A program made the translations under genes and the position numbers. From Kofleriaceae bacterium (lineage in GTDB: Bacteria; Myxococcota_A; Polyangia; Haliangiales; Haliangiaceae), in assembly GCA_965215005.1 (NCBI GenBank), contig CBDCCZ010000012.1, positions 1 through 64,000 of the forward strand: DNA of 64,000 bases, written 5' to 3'. The notes under the pieces were generated by a model. That model searched no databases. It had not been told where the DNA came from and saw nothing but the letters and a program-made list of their open reading frames with translations. Shown piece by piece: positions 18,601-26,814 of the stretch (its first letter is position 1; each line of letters begins with the position of its first letter).

Positions 18601-19562
18601 CCGCAGCGGCTCGGAAGCTGCGGCGGGGCGCGAGCCAAACACCTAGTCAGCTCGCCTTCGACGGCCTCATCGAGAGCGCGGACGAAGCCTCTGGGGCGGC
18701 CGGAGCAACGAGATCGCGGATGGCTCCCGCCGCCGAGTCACCCGTGGAAGACCCCGAGCTCCTCAGCGAAGAAGACTACGAGTACGTAGACGCCGACGAC
18801 GAAGAAGATGACGACTACGAGTACATCGATGATGACGACTACGAAGTCATCGATAAGACCGCCGCGGCGCTCGCCGAAGAGGGCTACGTCAACGAGGACG
18901 CCGAGATCACCATCTTGGCGCGCAAGCGACAGCCGAAGCCGACGGCTCGAAGTAAGGCAGAGGCGGAGAACCAGACCGACGACCCCAAGCGCCGACGCAA
19001 ACGCCGGCGACGCAAAAAACGCACGCAGCTGCCGCCCAAGTCGGCGTTCACGAGCCCCGTGCTGTCCAAAAGCGCCGAGCCGTCGCCCAAGGCCCGCCAC
19101 AATCGCGGCAGCGGTCCCATCATCGAATACGTGCGCGGGCCGATGCGCATCAACATGACCCCGGTTGCCTCGGCCAATCCCAACGACGCACCACCGGCGC
19201 GCAAGAAAAAGAAGCGCCGGCTGCGCGCTGACGAGGGCGCTCCGGCAAGCACGCCGCGGCCCCAAGCAAGGCCTCCCGCAGCGTCCCCCGTCGCCGCCGA
19301 GGCCGAGGGCGGCAGCGGCAAGAAGAAACGCCGCAGAAGGCGGCGCAAGAAGCGCGGCGTGGGCGGCGAAACCGGGCTGGTTTCATTCTTCTCGGTCGAA
19401 GGCGAGCGCGGCGCTCCGTCTGCGCCGAGCGGCAACAAGAAGAAGAAGCGGCGGCGGCGGCGACGCGGACGTGGCGGACGCGGTGAAAGCCAAGAGACGC
19501 GCAGCGCAAGCGATTCGCGCGATGCTGGCTCGAGCCCTGAGTCGCCCAATCCGGCAGGCTAA
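15624..19562 (+). CDS. RecQ-family DNA helicase with long low-complexity N- and C-terminal extensions
   Basis: MPTGSGKSLLYQLP, VSPLIALIKDQV, VDEAHCVSQWGHDFRP, TATA, ATNAFGLGVDK, QEAGRAGRD, Zn site CR...CGRCDNC. Start uncertain. Confidence 0.9.
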   Translation: MSKKSRSKAAASEAESPTRARAGTSSARGATSKKLASAGSRKPAAKPRSSASRKPAAAGRGERVPTSEAGRKTSAAKSPSASKGGSTAGRAAAPRDAANTSRRKPGSATKPSAAAKRGAAAKPGTTAKRGAAAKAEAAAKPGAAAKAGAATKRGAAAKPSTTAKRGAAAKPSTAAKRGAAAKPGTAAKRGAAAKPGAAAKPGAAAKPGAAAKPGGGRSGAKATATAKRAPSPAPRGASRVGRTTGPQQPGAIRATARHAETRTPPPPAAKIKPPAKAPSAAAKRARAIETPAAKAGVRAPVTLPNNSARASGRSTAQVPKAPAEAITETMTHATDVPRAKPRANKKTRGDAAEVTHAAETTLASAAPSQPATEASTEGNRAAVTEAAAPSAMKKPAIRVPILPVGVHSDGIPWSPALHRLFEIGRERMGLEGLRAGQSVALEHILAGRDLLAVMPTGSGKSLLYQLPSLILPGLTVVVSPLIALIKDQVDKMRSLGVAVVRIDSTLTVKQRREMNALAEAPGGKLLLTTPERMADPEFRSFLRDGAGQRGVSLFVVDEAHCVSQWGHDFRPAYLALRKALEDLSDASGKRPQVLATTATAPPHVREDILHQLGLAPEDEAAPAEPAADEARVVTTTFDRPNLHFEVITTPGDDDKNKILVTLLKKLPKPGIVYCATVKKVEQLAEQLGRHGIAVRKYHGRLTKKERDTNQQEFMDSKELVMIATNAFGLGVDKPDIRNVLHFHVPGSLEAYAQEAGRAGRDAKPSRCVLLFSPDDVAIQEYFLTGTYPTRQQVRSVYRALQAFSTSAVESEAPPTAANIALSARVGTQRTRTVLSLLKDEGFVEEGENEMFRIAETAPDDTVLSDKARQYEARRIADRQRLDALLAYVGHAGCRNQAILTYLGEHDTPPCGRCDNCLRSQDAAIAAAEEAIRLEARVTSQLDDDSEESAQNRPRRMIRHRVIRIDQPTVASPAGKAATAAAAPLAAAAAEPGAAAARKLRRGASQTPSQLAFDGLIESADEASGAAGATRSRMAPAAESPVEDPELLSEEDYEYVDADDEEDDDYEYIDDDDYEVIDKTAAALAEEGYVNEDAEITILARKRQPKPTARSKAEAENQTDDPKRRRKRRRRKKRTQLPPKSAFTSPVLSKSAEPSPKARHNRGSGPIIEYVRGPMRINMTPVASANPNDAPPARKKKKRRLRADEGAPASTPRPQARPPAASPVAAEAEGGSGKKKRRRRRRKKRGVGGETGLVSFFSVEGERGAPSAPSGNKKKKRRRRRRGRGGRGESQETRSASDSRDAGSSPESPNPAG
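15933..16265 (+). repeat. 18-bp tandem repeat, about 18 copies, encoding K(P/R)GAAA (histone H1/AlgP-like)
   Basis: Unit AAG(CCA/AGA)GGCGCGGCGGCC, degenerate, in frame with RecQ. Confidence 0.9.
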
Positions 19563-19628
19563 CGCGCTGAGCGCGTCGCGCGGGGCTTCTCGCCTCCGGT
19601 GCGCGCTCCGCGCCTGCCGTCCTCCGCG

Positions 19629-20159
19629 CTACGACTCAGTGCCCGAGGCGCGCGACATCGCATCGTATTCGAGGCGCAGGTCGGCGACGTCTGCGATGGC
19701 CTCGGCCATCTCGAGCAGGCTCGCGCAGCGGCGTGATTCGTCGAGATAGATCGCCTCGCCGACGCGGCGATCGATGTAAGCGACGTAGCGCGCCGGCGCC
19801 AGCAGCGACAGCGCGCTCGGCTCCTCGGCACCACGGGCCACGATGACCACCGCACGCAGGTGAAACAGCGGAATCACCGCGCGGCTGGGAATTCCAATGA
19901 CGCATTGATCCATGCGCAGCACGCCGTCTTCGCCATCGAACGTGAGCTCGCGACGCATGGTCGAGAGCATCAACCCGAGCCCGACCACACACGCTGGCAG
20001 CATCACCAACCACGGCGACACCGGCCACGCAAGCCAAGCGCCGTAGACGCCCAGCGTCAAAACCCCGAGGCCCACCGCCCGCGTCGTCGGCGAAAGCGCG
20101 ACCACGACCCGCCGCGACGAGCGCTCTCGCAGCACCAGGGATCCGATCCAGTCGAGCAT
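19629..20159 (-). CDS. Hypothetical membrane protein (2 TM helices + soluble beta-rich domain)
   Basis: Two hydrophobic segments; TACGGT -10-like box 7 nt before ATG. Confidence 0.65.
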   Translation of the reverse strand: MLDWIGSLVLRERSSRRVVVALSPTTRAVGLGVLTLGVYGAWLAWPVSPWLVMLPACVVGLGLMLSTMRRELTFDGEDGVLRMDQCVIGIPSRAVIPLFHLRAVVIVARGAEEPSALSLLAPARYVAYIDRRVGEAIYLDESRRCASLLEMAEAIADVADLRLEYDAMSRASGTES

Positions 20160-20454
20160 TGCGATTACCGTACCGCGCCCAGTGCACCGAAGCCACCTGC
20201 CGCGCTCGAAGAGCGCTAGCACGACGTCCCGAATCGCTGCAGCAGAGCTCGCACCACCGATGCGGGGCGCGGGATAGGTTTTCATGGCCGGGGACCAGCT
20301 GGCGCCTCCCTATCGCTGCTTGCTCGCTTCGGCGCTGATTGCCCGCGCCGTAGAGCAATAGACTGCTGCGAGCGCTTGCCGCGGAGGGGTGACGGCTTCT
20401 CGAAAGCCGCCGCGCCGATGTGGGATCGCCGCGCGCTTTTGCTACCTTCGCCTC

Positions 20455-21141
20455 ATGCGGCGCTGCCTCGTCACGCTCCTTCTCTTCATCGCAGGCGGCT
20501 GCGGCGACGACTCGCCACCGACCTCGGCACGTCCAGCGGCCGGCGATAGCACCGTGCAAGCCATCGGAGTTAATCCCGAAGACTTCGACTGCGCGCGCTT
20601 CACCACCGAGGAAGAGCTGGCGCAGCTTCTAGGAGGGCACGTCGAGCGCGCCGAAGTGCAGATTCATCCACCACCCGGGGTCGCCAAGCCCTGCAACTTC
20701 TTGCACACCCGGGAGCGCACCCCCGAGGAGCTCGCAACCGCGCGCAAACAAGCCGAGGAGCGCTTCGCCGCGGCCAAAGCACGAGCCAAGAAGCGCGGGT
20801 TGCCAACCGATGACCTCGAAAAGCCAGAAATCGGGCCGATGGTGATCGAGCCCTACAGCTTCGACATCGACTGCCGCGCGGAGTACGAACGGCAAGCGCG
20901 GCAGCTCATGGAACAGTATCGGCAGACCGCGGGAGACGCGGGCGCCGAAGAAGTCGCCATTGGCCGCGAAGGGCTCGATCACCATGGCGTGGCGCTGATT
21001 TTTCTCGACGCCGACACGCCCTGCTACGTGCGAGTACGCGGTGTCAACGCACAACATCGGCAAACCTGGGCAAAGATGTTAGAGACACGGCTCACACCCG
21101 AAACCGCCCCGCGCCGGTCGTACCGTCGCGTGCCAAAGTGA
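20455..21141 (+). CDS. Hypothetical lipoprotein
   Basis: MRRCLVTLLLFIAGG-C lipobox; paired Cys; GC3 bias. Confidence 0.7.
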   Translation: MRRCLVTLLLFIAGGCGDDSPPTSARPAAGDSTVQAIGVNPEDFDCARFTTEEELAQLLGGHVERAEVQIHPPPGVAKPCNFLHTRERTPEELATARKQAEERFAAAKARAKKRGLPTDDLEKPEIGPMVIEPYSFDIDCRAEYERQARQLMEQYRQTAGDAGAEEVAIGREGLDHHGVALIFLDADTPCYVRVRGVNAQHRQTWAKMLETRLTPETAPRRSYRRVPK

Positions 21142-21194
21142 GGGCAACTGCCGCGAGACGCTCCGGCTGCTGGCTGTGCTAGCATCGCAGCGTT

Positions 21195-21887
21195 GTGTCC
21201 ATTTTGCGTCTGCCTCTCATCGTCCTCACCGGAGCCGCGCTACTCGGCGGCTGCGCAGAGGTTCGTCCCGGCACCGCCGCCAGCGCGACCGAGCGCGACG
21301 CGGCCTATGGACTGGTAGGTCAGCTCGCCGCCCTCGCCACCCTCGCCGAGGATCCGGGCGATGGCCAGGTTCTCCTCGACGCGACGCAGTTCTCGTCGCT
21401 GTTGGTCCTCACCACCGCTCCCGACACCGTCGTGCCACTGCCGCGGCGGCCGAGCGACCGTGAGTCGAGCGATGCACTGCGCGGCTGCCTTACCGCCAGC
21501 GGAAGTACCGCCACGTTTACCGAGTGCGCGCTCGCCGAGCACGTCGTCGACGGCAACCTCTCCGGCTATGACGACACCGTCGCCGCCTCGCTCATCGACG
21601 TCTTCGTCATCGGCTCAGATGTTCACGGCTCGACCAGTGTCGATGCCCGCCTCGAGAGTGCGTCCTCGGTATTGCGCGGCGGAGTCGACCTCGACGTCCT
21701 CTGGACCGTCGGCGGCACCGACATGCTGGTCGACGCCGAGCTCCGCGCGGAAGACATCGCCGTCGATGACGCCGGCTGCCCCGTGGGCGGGTTGCTCGTG
21801 ATCCGCGCCGCGGTTGGCACCGACGAGGCGCAGACCACCCATCTCTGGTTCGGCCCCACCTGCGGCGACGTTCTGCTGTCGCGCTGA
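21195..21887 (+). CDS. Hypothetical lipoprotein (Cys-containing, beta-rich)
   Basis: LLGG-C lipobox; 'GCPVGG' and 'FGPTCG' motifs. Confidence 0.7.
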   Translation: MSILRLPLIVLTGAALLGGCAEVRPGTAASATERDAAYGLVGQLAALATLAEDPGDGQVLLDATQFSSLLVLTTAPDTVVPLPRRPSDRESSDALRGCLTASGSTATFTECALAEHVVDGNLSGYDDTVAASLIDVFVIGSDVHGSTSVDARLESASSVLRGGVDLDVLWTVGGTDMLVDAELRAEDIAVDDAGCPVGGLLVIRAAVGTDEAQTTHLWFGPTCGDVLLSR

Positions 21888-21954
21888 AGCTCTCGTTCTC
21901 GCTCCCCCCGCGATTGCTTTGTCGCCTCGTTGCCGCCTCGTTTAGCTCCCACCC

Positions 21955-23322
21955 GTGACCCCCGTGCAGCCGGAACTGCCCTCGCCCGCGCTGCGCCACG
22001 AGGTGAAGGCGCAGCTCGTGCTTGCGCTGCCGCTTGCGCTGAGCCACTTCGGTCAGATGCTGATGAGCCTGGTGGACACCGCCATGCTCGGCCGGTACAG
22101 CGAAACCGCCTTGGCGGGCGCTGGAGTCGCTAGCAGCCTGTTTTTCGCCATCACCGTGTTCGGAATCGGCCTGCTGCTCGGGCTCGACACCCTGGTGCCG
22201 CAAGCGCTCGGCGCCGGAGAACCAGCGCGCGCCCGCCGCCTGCTAACCGACGGCCTGCGCTTGGCCGTGCTCGTCGGCGTGCCGCTCACGGCGCTCTGCG
22301 CCGGCGCCACCTTATTTCTGCAGGCCTTTGGTGTCGAGCCGGCGGTGGCAGAGCAAGCGCGCGCGTACATGCTGTGGCGGCTACCTTCGGTGGTGCCGCT
22401 CCTGCTCTTCAACGCCTTGCGCTCCTACCTGCAGGCAAACGATCGCACTCGCGTCGTGGTGCTTGCCGTCGTGCTCGGCAACGTCCTCAACCTCGGCGCC
22501 GATGCCATCCTCGTCTTTGGCGACGCCAGCCTGACGCGCGTTGGCCTGCCGCCGCTGGGCCTGCCGCCGCTAGGTGCGATCGGCGCCGCGATTGCGACCA
22601 GCATCGTGACGATCGCGCAGGTCGTCGTGCTCGCGCTGGCGGCTCGTCGCGGCCCTGCACCGAGCGGCGCGCGCGGCTCCAGTCTCCGAGCAATCGCTGC
22701 CCTCGGCGCACCGATCGGCGGCCACCTCGCCGCCGAGGTCGGCCTCTTTGCGCTTACCGCGGTGCTCGCGGCTCGACTTGGCGTCCTCACCGCCGCCGCC
22801 CATCAGGTCGCGCTCACCCTCTCCAGTCTCACCTTCAATCTCGCGGTCGGCGTCGGTGCCGCCGCGGCGATTCGAGTCGGCCGCGCAGTCGGAGGCGCCA
22901 ACCACCGCGCGGCCCGGGTTGCGGGCTTGGTGTCGCTCGCTCTCGGCGGGATCATGGCGGTGTTCTCCGTTGTCTTTGCGACCTTCCCCGAGCCGCTGGC
23001 GCGACTCTTCACCAGCGATCCAGACGTTGTTCGCGCCGCTGCGCCGCTGCTGCGCATCGCCGCCGTCTTCCAGCTCGCCGATGGGGCGCAAGCCATCGCC
23101 GCCGGGGCCCTCCGCGGCGCTGGCGACACCCACTCGACCCTGACCGCCAATCTCCTTGGTCACTATGGCGTCGGCATGCCGGTGGCGATCGTCTTGGCGT
23201 TTCCCGCGGGTTTTGGCGCGATCGGGCTGTGGTGGGGCCTCTGCGCCGGGCTTTCCGCGGTAGCGCTGCTCCTCATCCTGCGCTTCCTGCACCTCACCAG
23301 CCGGCCCATCGCCCGCCGCTGA
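21955..23322 (+). CDS. MATE family efflux transporter
   Basis: LALP...VDTAMLGR, LDTLVPQALGA, AAHQVAL, RVGRAVG, FQLADGAQ...GALRGAGDT, GLWWGL. Confidence 0.95.
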   Translation: MTPVQPELPSPALRHEVKAQLVLALPLALSHFGQMLMSLVDTAMLGRYSETALAGAGVASSLFFAITVFGIGLLLGLDTLVPQALGAGEPARARRLLTDGLRLAVLVGVPLTALCAGATLFLQAFGVEPAVAEQARAYMLWRLPSVVPLLLFNALRSYLQANDRTRVVVLAVVLGNVLNLGADAILVFGDASLTRVGLPPLGLPPLGAIGAAIATSIVTIAQVVVLALAARRGPAPSGARGSSLRAIAALGAPIGGHLAAEVGLFALTAVLAARLGVLTAAAHQVALTLSSLTFNLAVGVGAAAAIRVGRAVGGANHRAARVAGLVSLALGGIMAVFSVVFATFPEPLARLFTSDPDVVRAAAPLLRIAAVFQLADGAQAIAAGALRGAGDTHSTLTANLLGHYGVGMPVAIVLAFPAGFGAIGLWWGLCAGLSAVALLLILRFLHLTSRPIARR

Positions 23323-23537
23323 GCGTCCGTTTCGCCGCTCCCGCACCTTGCTGGGCGTATCTGCCGCCGGCTTCTTTCGGCGGAGTGTGCGGCTGTGATA
23401 TCTGGCAGTCTCACAGGCGGGGCTTGGCCGCTGCTCGGGCGCTGACGTTCCGCAAATCCGAACTCGCGGCGAGCCGCGCCCAGATCACGAACAGGTTCGC
23501 TGCCGCGGTGGACAAGAACTTTGTGAGGACACGATTT

Positions 23538-24631
23538 ATGAAAAGTGCAAGAGCTAGCTTGATTGCAGCCGCCTTCGCGGCGTTGATTATGCCTCTCGCG
23601 GCCTGCCCTGGCGGCGCGAGCGTCCCCGGCGGCGGTCCCGGAATCCCCGGCCGAGGGTCGAGCAGCGTCGATCCCAACACCTGCGGCAACTACGCCGCCA
23701 CGGAAGTAGGCGGCAAGCTCAAAGCCTTTCTCGAGTCAACGGTCACTCTTAATGAGGCCGTGCTGAGCGCCGAGGCGAGCGTCCAGAGCTCCTGCGTTCG
23801 CATGGGTGAGGAGCTCGGCCTCGATGGCCTCGATGGCGACACCCGCACGGTGTGCAATCGGGTGGCAGCGACGCTCCAGGAGCACCTGCAGGTCGGTCTG
23901 CAGGCCAACGCCGAGCTCAACGTCCAGTACCAGCCGGCGGTTTGCGAGGTCAATGTCGAGGCTGCCGCCGATGTGGCCGCCAAGTGCGAAGGCAGCGCGT
24001 CGGCCGATGTCGCGGTCTCCTGCGAAGGCGTCTGCGAAGGCACCTGCGAGGGCACCTGCCAAGGCACTTGCCAGGGCGCCTGCGACGGCACCTGCTCGGC
24101 CAAGGGCCCCAACGGGCAGTGCAACGGGCAATGCAGCGGACAGTGCGAGGGCACCTGCTCTGCGGGATGCCAAGGCACCTGCTCGGGTAGCTGCCAAGGC
24201 CACGCCGATGTCCAGGCCGACGCCAGCTGCGAAGCCAAGGCCGAGGTCGCCCGCGAATGTCGACGCCCGCTGCACCAAGCCGGAGCTCGATGTTGGCTTC
24301 GAAGCCTTCCATGGTTGCCGATCGCGCCAAGCTCGATCAGGCCATCGCGGCCATCAAGGCCGGCCTTCCCGAGCTGTTGATGATCAAGGCCAAGATCGAA
24401 GGGCCAATCATGGCTGCGTTCACCACCTGGGCGCGCGCCTCGAAGGAGCTCGCTGGGTCCGCCAATAAGCTGGCCGGTTCGCTCGGCGACCAGGCGCTGT
24501 GCGTCGGCGGGCAGCTGACCGCAGCGGCGGGCATGCTGGCGCAAATTCAGGCGTCTATCGACGTTCAGGTCGAGGTTTCCGCGTCGGTGTCGGCGTCGGC
24601 TTCTGCCGGCGGCGACGCTAGCGCCGGCTGA
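23538..24631 (+). CDS. Cys-rich lipoprotein with GxC repeats; two apparent +1 frameshifts near 24251 and 24306
   Basis: GAGG SD, LAA-C lipobox, (GTCxG)n repeats. Protein-like sequence continues in successive frames (ANVDARCTKPELDV, then SMVADRAKLDQAI...). Confidence 0.75.
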
Positions 24632-24700
24632 TCTGGCCTCCACGAGTGGCCAGCGCGGTGATGCTGGCCACTCGATTCGTTTCTGCCTCAGGGGTCGCCG

Positions 24701-26098
24701 ATGAAGACTCTCACCGAATTTTCTGGCGTCGTGCTGCGAAGCGCCGCCACCTCCCGCAATCAACACGTCGCGCAAGGTCTCGAGGGCGAGGCGCTGATGG
24801 AGGCTGTTGGTGCCGACGGTCGCCGTAACCGGCGACCGACTGGCGCGCCTCCTGGAAGCGCTCGACAGCGCTGGCGACCGCCTCGAGCAAGTGCGCTTGG
24901 TGCGGGTGTATCAAGGGCGAAACCGCGCCACCCAAAAGCGCGCTCGGTGGGCGAATTCCACTACGTCATCGACTTCCTCGCGCCCGCGGCCGGGTCGCGC
25001 CGTGGCGCCGGGGGTGAGCGCGGCAAGAGCGGCAGGGACGGCAAAGACCGCCGCCGCGGTGGCGAACAACGAGGCCCGGGCCGCAGTGACGCCCGTGCAG
25101 GCAATGGCCGACAGCCGGCTTCCGGCGAGGGCACCGTTGCGCCAGCCGCCGTCGGCGCACCCGGTGCGGCCGTCGCCGACGGCGCGCCACGACCTGCGCG
25201 CGCTCGTCCGAGCGGCGACGCAGCCGGTCCGCGGGGCCGTGGCGGCCCACGTGACGGCGGCCCGCGCGGTCGCGGCGGCCCGCGTGACGGCGGTCGCGGT
25301 GGTCCGCGTGACGGCGGTCGCGGTGGTCCCCCGCGGCGACATTCCTGCCGAAGGCGAAGGCTGGTCGCTAACCCGTGCCGAGCCTCAGGGCGACCGCTTC
25401 GCCCGCCGCGGCAAGCCCGGCGATCGACGCGGCCCACGCCCAGACGCCGATCGACGCGGCCCACGCCCAGACGCCGACCGACGCGGTCCACGCTCAGACG
25501 CCGACCGACGCGGTCCACGCTCAGACGCCCGACCGACGCGGCCCGCGCCCAGACGCCGACCGACGCGGCCCACGCCCAGACGCCGACCGACGCGGTCCAC
25601 GCTCTGGGCACCCCCAACGGCAATCGCCCCACCGGCTCCCACGCCACCACCGCTACCGCCGCCGGCGTCAACCCAGCCGAGCACGCGCCCGGCCATCCCG
25701 CCACCGATCCCAACGCCGCGCAGCGCCCCTCGCGCAAGCCGCGCCCGCGCCGTCGTAGCAATCGCCCCGCCCCCATCGTCGAATTCTCCACCCGGGGGCC
25801 GCTGGTGAGCGGCATCGCCGCCGCCCTCGACGGCGCCACCATCACCACCGAGGCCTCCGCCGCCGCAGGCACCGGCCACGGCGGCACCGATCCGAGCACA
25901 GCGCCCAAGAAAAAGCGCCGTCGCCGCGGCGGCCGCAACCGCGGCAAGAACGTCCACACCGACGACCAAGGCAACCTCGTTCGTCGCTCCGACGACGGCG
26001 AAATCGACGGCAACGTGGCCAGGCCCGACGACAGCGACCCCAACGGCAACCGCCTTCCAGCCGACTCGAACGTCGACGACAACATCGGCAATCGCTAA
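24701..26098 (+). CDS. Hypothetical protein: small globular N-domain plus long RG/RP-rich disordered tail; several apparent frameshifts
   Basis: MKTLTEFSG...; coherent peptide switches frame near 24815, 24916, 24936, 25330 and 25529, at or next to short homopolymers. Confidence 0.6.
   Translation: MKTLTEFSGVVLRSAATSRNQHVAQGLEGEALMEAVGADGRRNRRPTGAPPGSARQRWRPPRASALGAGVSRAKPRHPKARSVGEFHYVIDFLAPAAGSRRGAGGERGKSGRDGKDRRRGGEQRGPGRSDARAGNGRQPASGEGTVAPAAVGAPGAAVADGAPRPARARPSGDAAGPRGRGGPRDGGPRGRGGPRDGGRGGPRDGGRGGPPRRHSCRRRRLVANPCRASGRPLRPPRQARRSTRPTPRRRSTRPTPRRRPTRSTLRRRPTRSTLRRPTDAARAQTPTDAAHAQTPTDAVHALGTPNGNRPTGSHATTATAAGVNPAEHAPGHPATDPNAAQRPSRKPRPRRRSNRPAPIVEFSTRGPLVSGIAAALDGATITTEASAAAGTGHGGTDPSTAPKKKRRRRGGRNRGKNVHTDDQGNLVRRSDDGEIDGNVARPDDSDPNGNRLPADSNVDDNIGNR
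25421..25605 (+). repeat. 27-bp tandem repeat, about 6.5 copies, encoding DRRGPR(P/S)DA
   Basis: Unit GAYCGACGCGGYCCACGCYCAGACGCC, head-to-tail without spacers; one copy has an extra C. Confidence 0.9.
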
Positions 26099-26250
26099 AC
26101 CCTCATCCCGCCCCTCACCTTCGGCGGGCCGACTCGCTCGCCCTGCCCTCGCCTTGCGTCCCGCCTTTCCCCGCTGCTCGCAACTTGCCGCTTTTCCCCG
26201 GCTCAACGACGGTATACGCTGGAGGTTTCCGGGAGCCTGTGGAGGCTGTT

Positions 26251-26751
26251 ATGAAGAACCGTAGGATCCAATGGGTTGCCGTCGTCGCTGTCATCGTCGG
26301 CATGGTCGCGAGCGCGCACGCGGACGAGGTTGCGCAGAAGGTGCAGAAGGCGTTTCGCGGGACCATCTTGGTCACCGCCGAGCCGCTACCTGAGCCTGCG
26401 GGAGACGCAGAGACAACGATCGCTCAGTTTCGCAAGGCCACCGACCATCCACTCGCAGCGCGGGAGGTTGGAGGGGTGCCGACGTGGAGCTTCCACTACA
26501 CCGCGTTCCTCAAGAGCAAGCCCGCGACAAGCTCGCTCACGCTCGAGTTCTACACCGACGATGCCGAGCGGCGCTACGCCGCCAGCGAGCGGCTCCTTGA
26601 CGTCGACCCATCGCTCACGATCCTCAGTGGCCACGCCACGGTGACCGAAGATGACGGCCTCGATCGCGACCGCCGCTATGTCGTCAAGTTGGTGGGCAAG
26701 GTCAAGGGCAAAGACGTCACCCTCGCTCAGACCAAACTCACCACCAAATAG
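26251..26751 (+). CDS. Hypothetical secreted protein
   Basis: GGAGG SD; Sec signal ending AHA-D; beta-rich mature part. Confidence 0.75.
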   Translation: MKNRRIQWVAVVAVIVGMVASAHADEVAQKVQKAFRGTILVTAEPLPEPAGDAETTIAQFRKATDHPLAAREVGGVPTWSFHYTAFLKSKPATSSLTLEFYTDDAERRYAASERLLDVDPSLTILSGHATVTEDDGLDRDRRYVVKLVGKVKGKDVTLAQTKLTTK

Positions 26752-26814
26752 CCGCGAGACATCGACTCGCCGGCGGCACGCGCCGCGAGGTGCGGCGGTG
26801 CGACGCTCGCGGGC

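Noticed and set aside
23394..23417. CTGTGA-N12-TCACAG inverted repeat as a CRP/FNR site
   Set aside because: The spacer is 12 nt rather than 6, and it occurs once, so it cannot be assigned.
25421..25605. 27-bp repeats as a CRISPR array
   Set aside because: Head-to-tail with no unique spacers, unit length is a multiple of 3, lies inside a coding region, and no cas genes are present.
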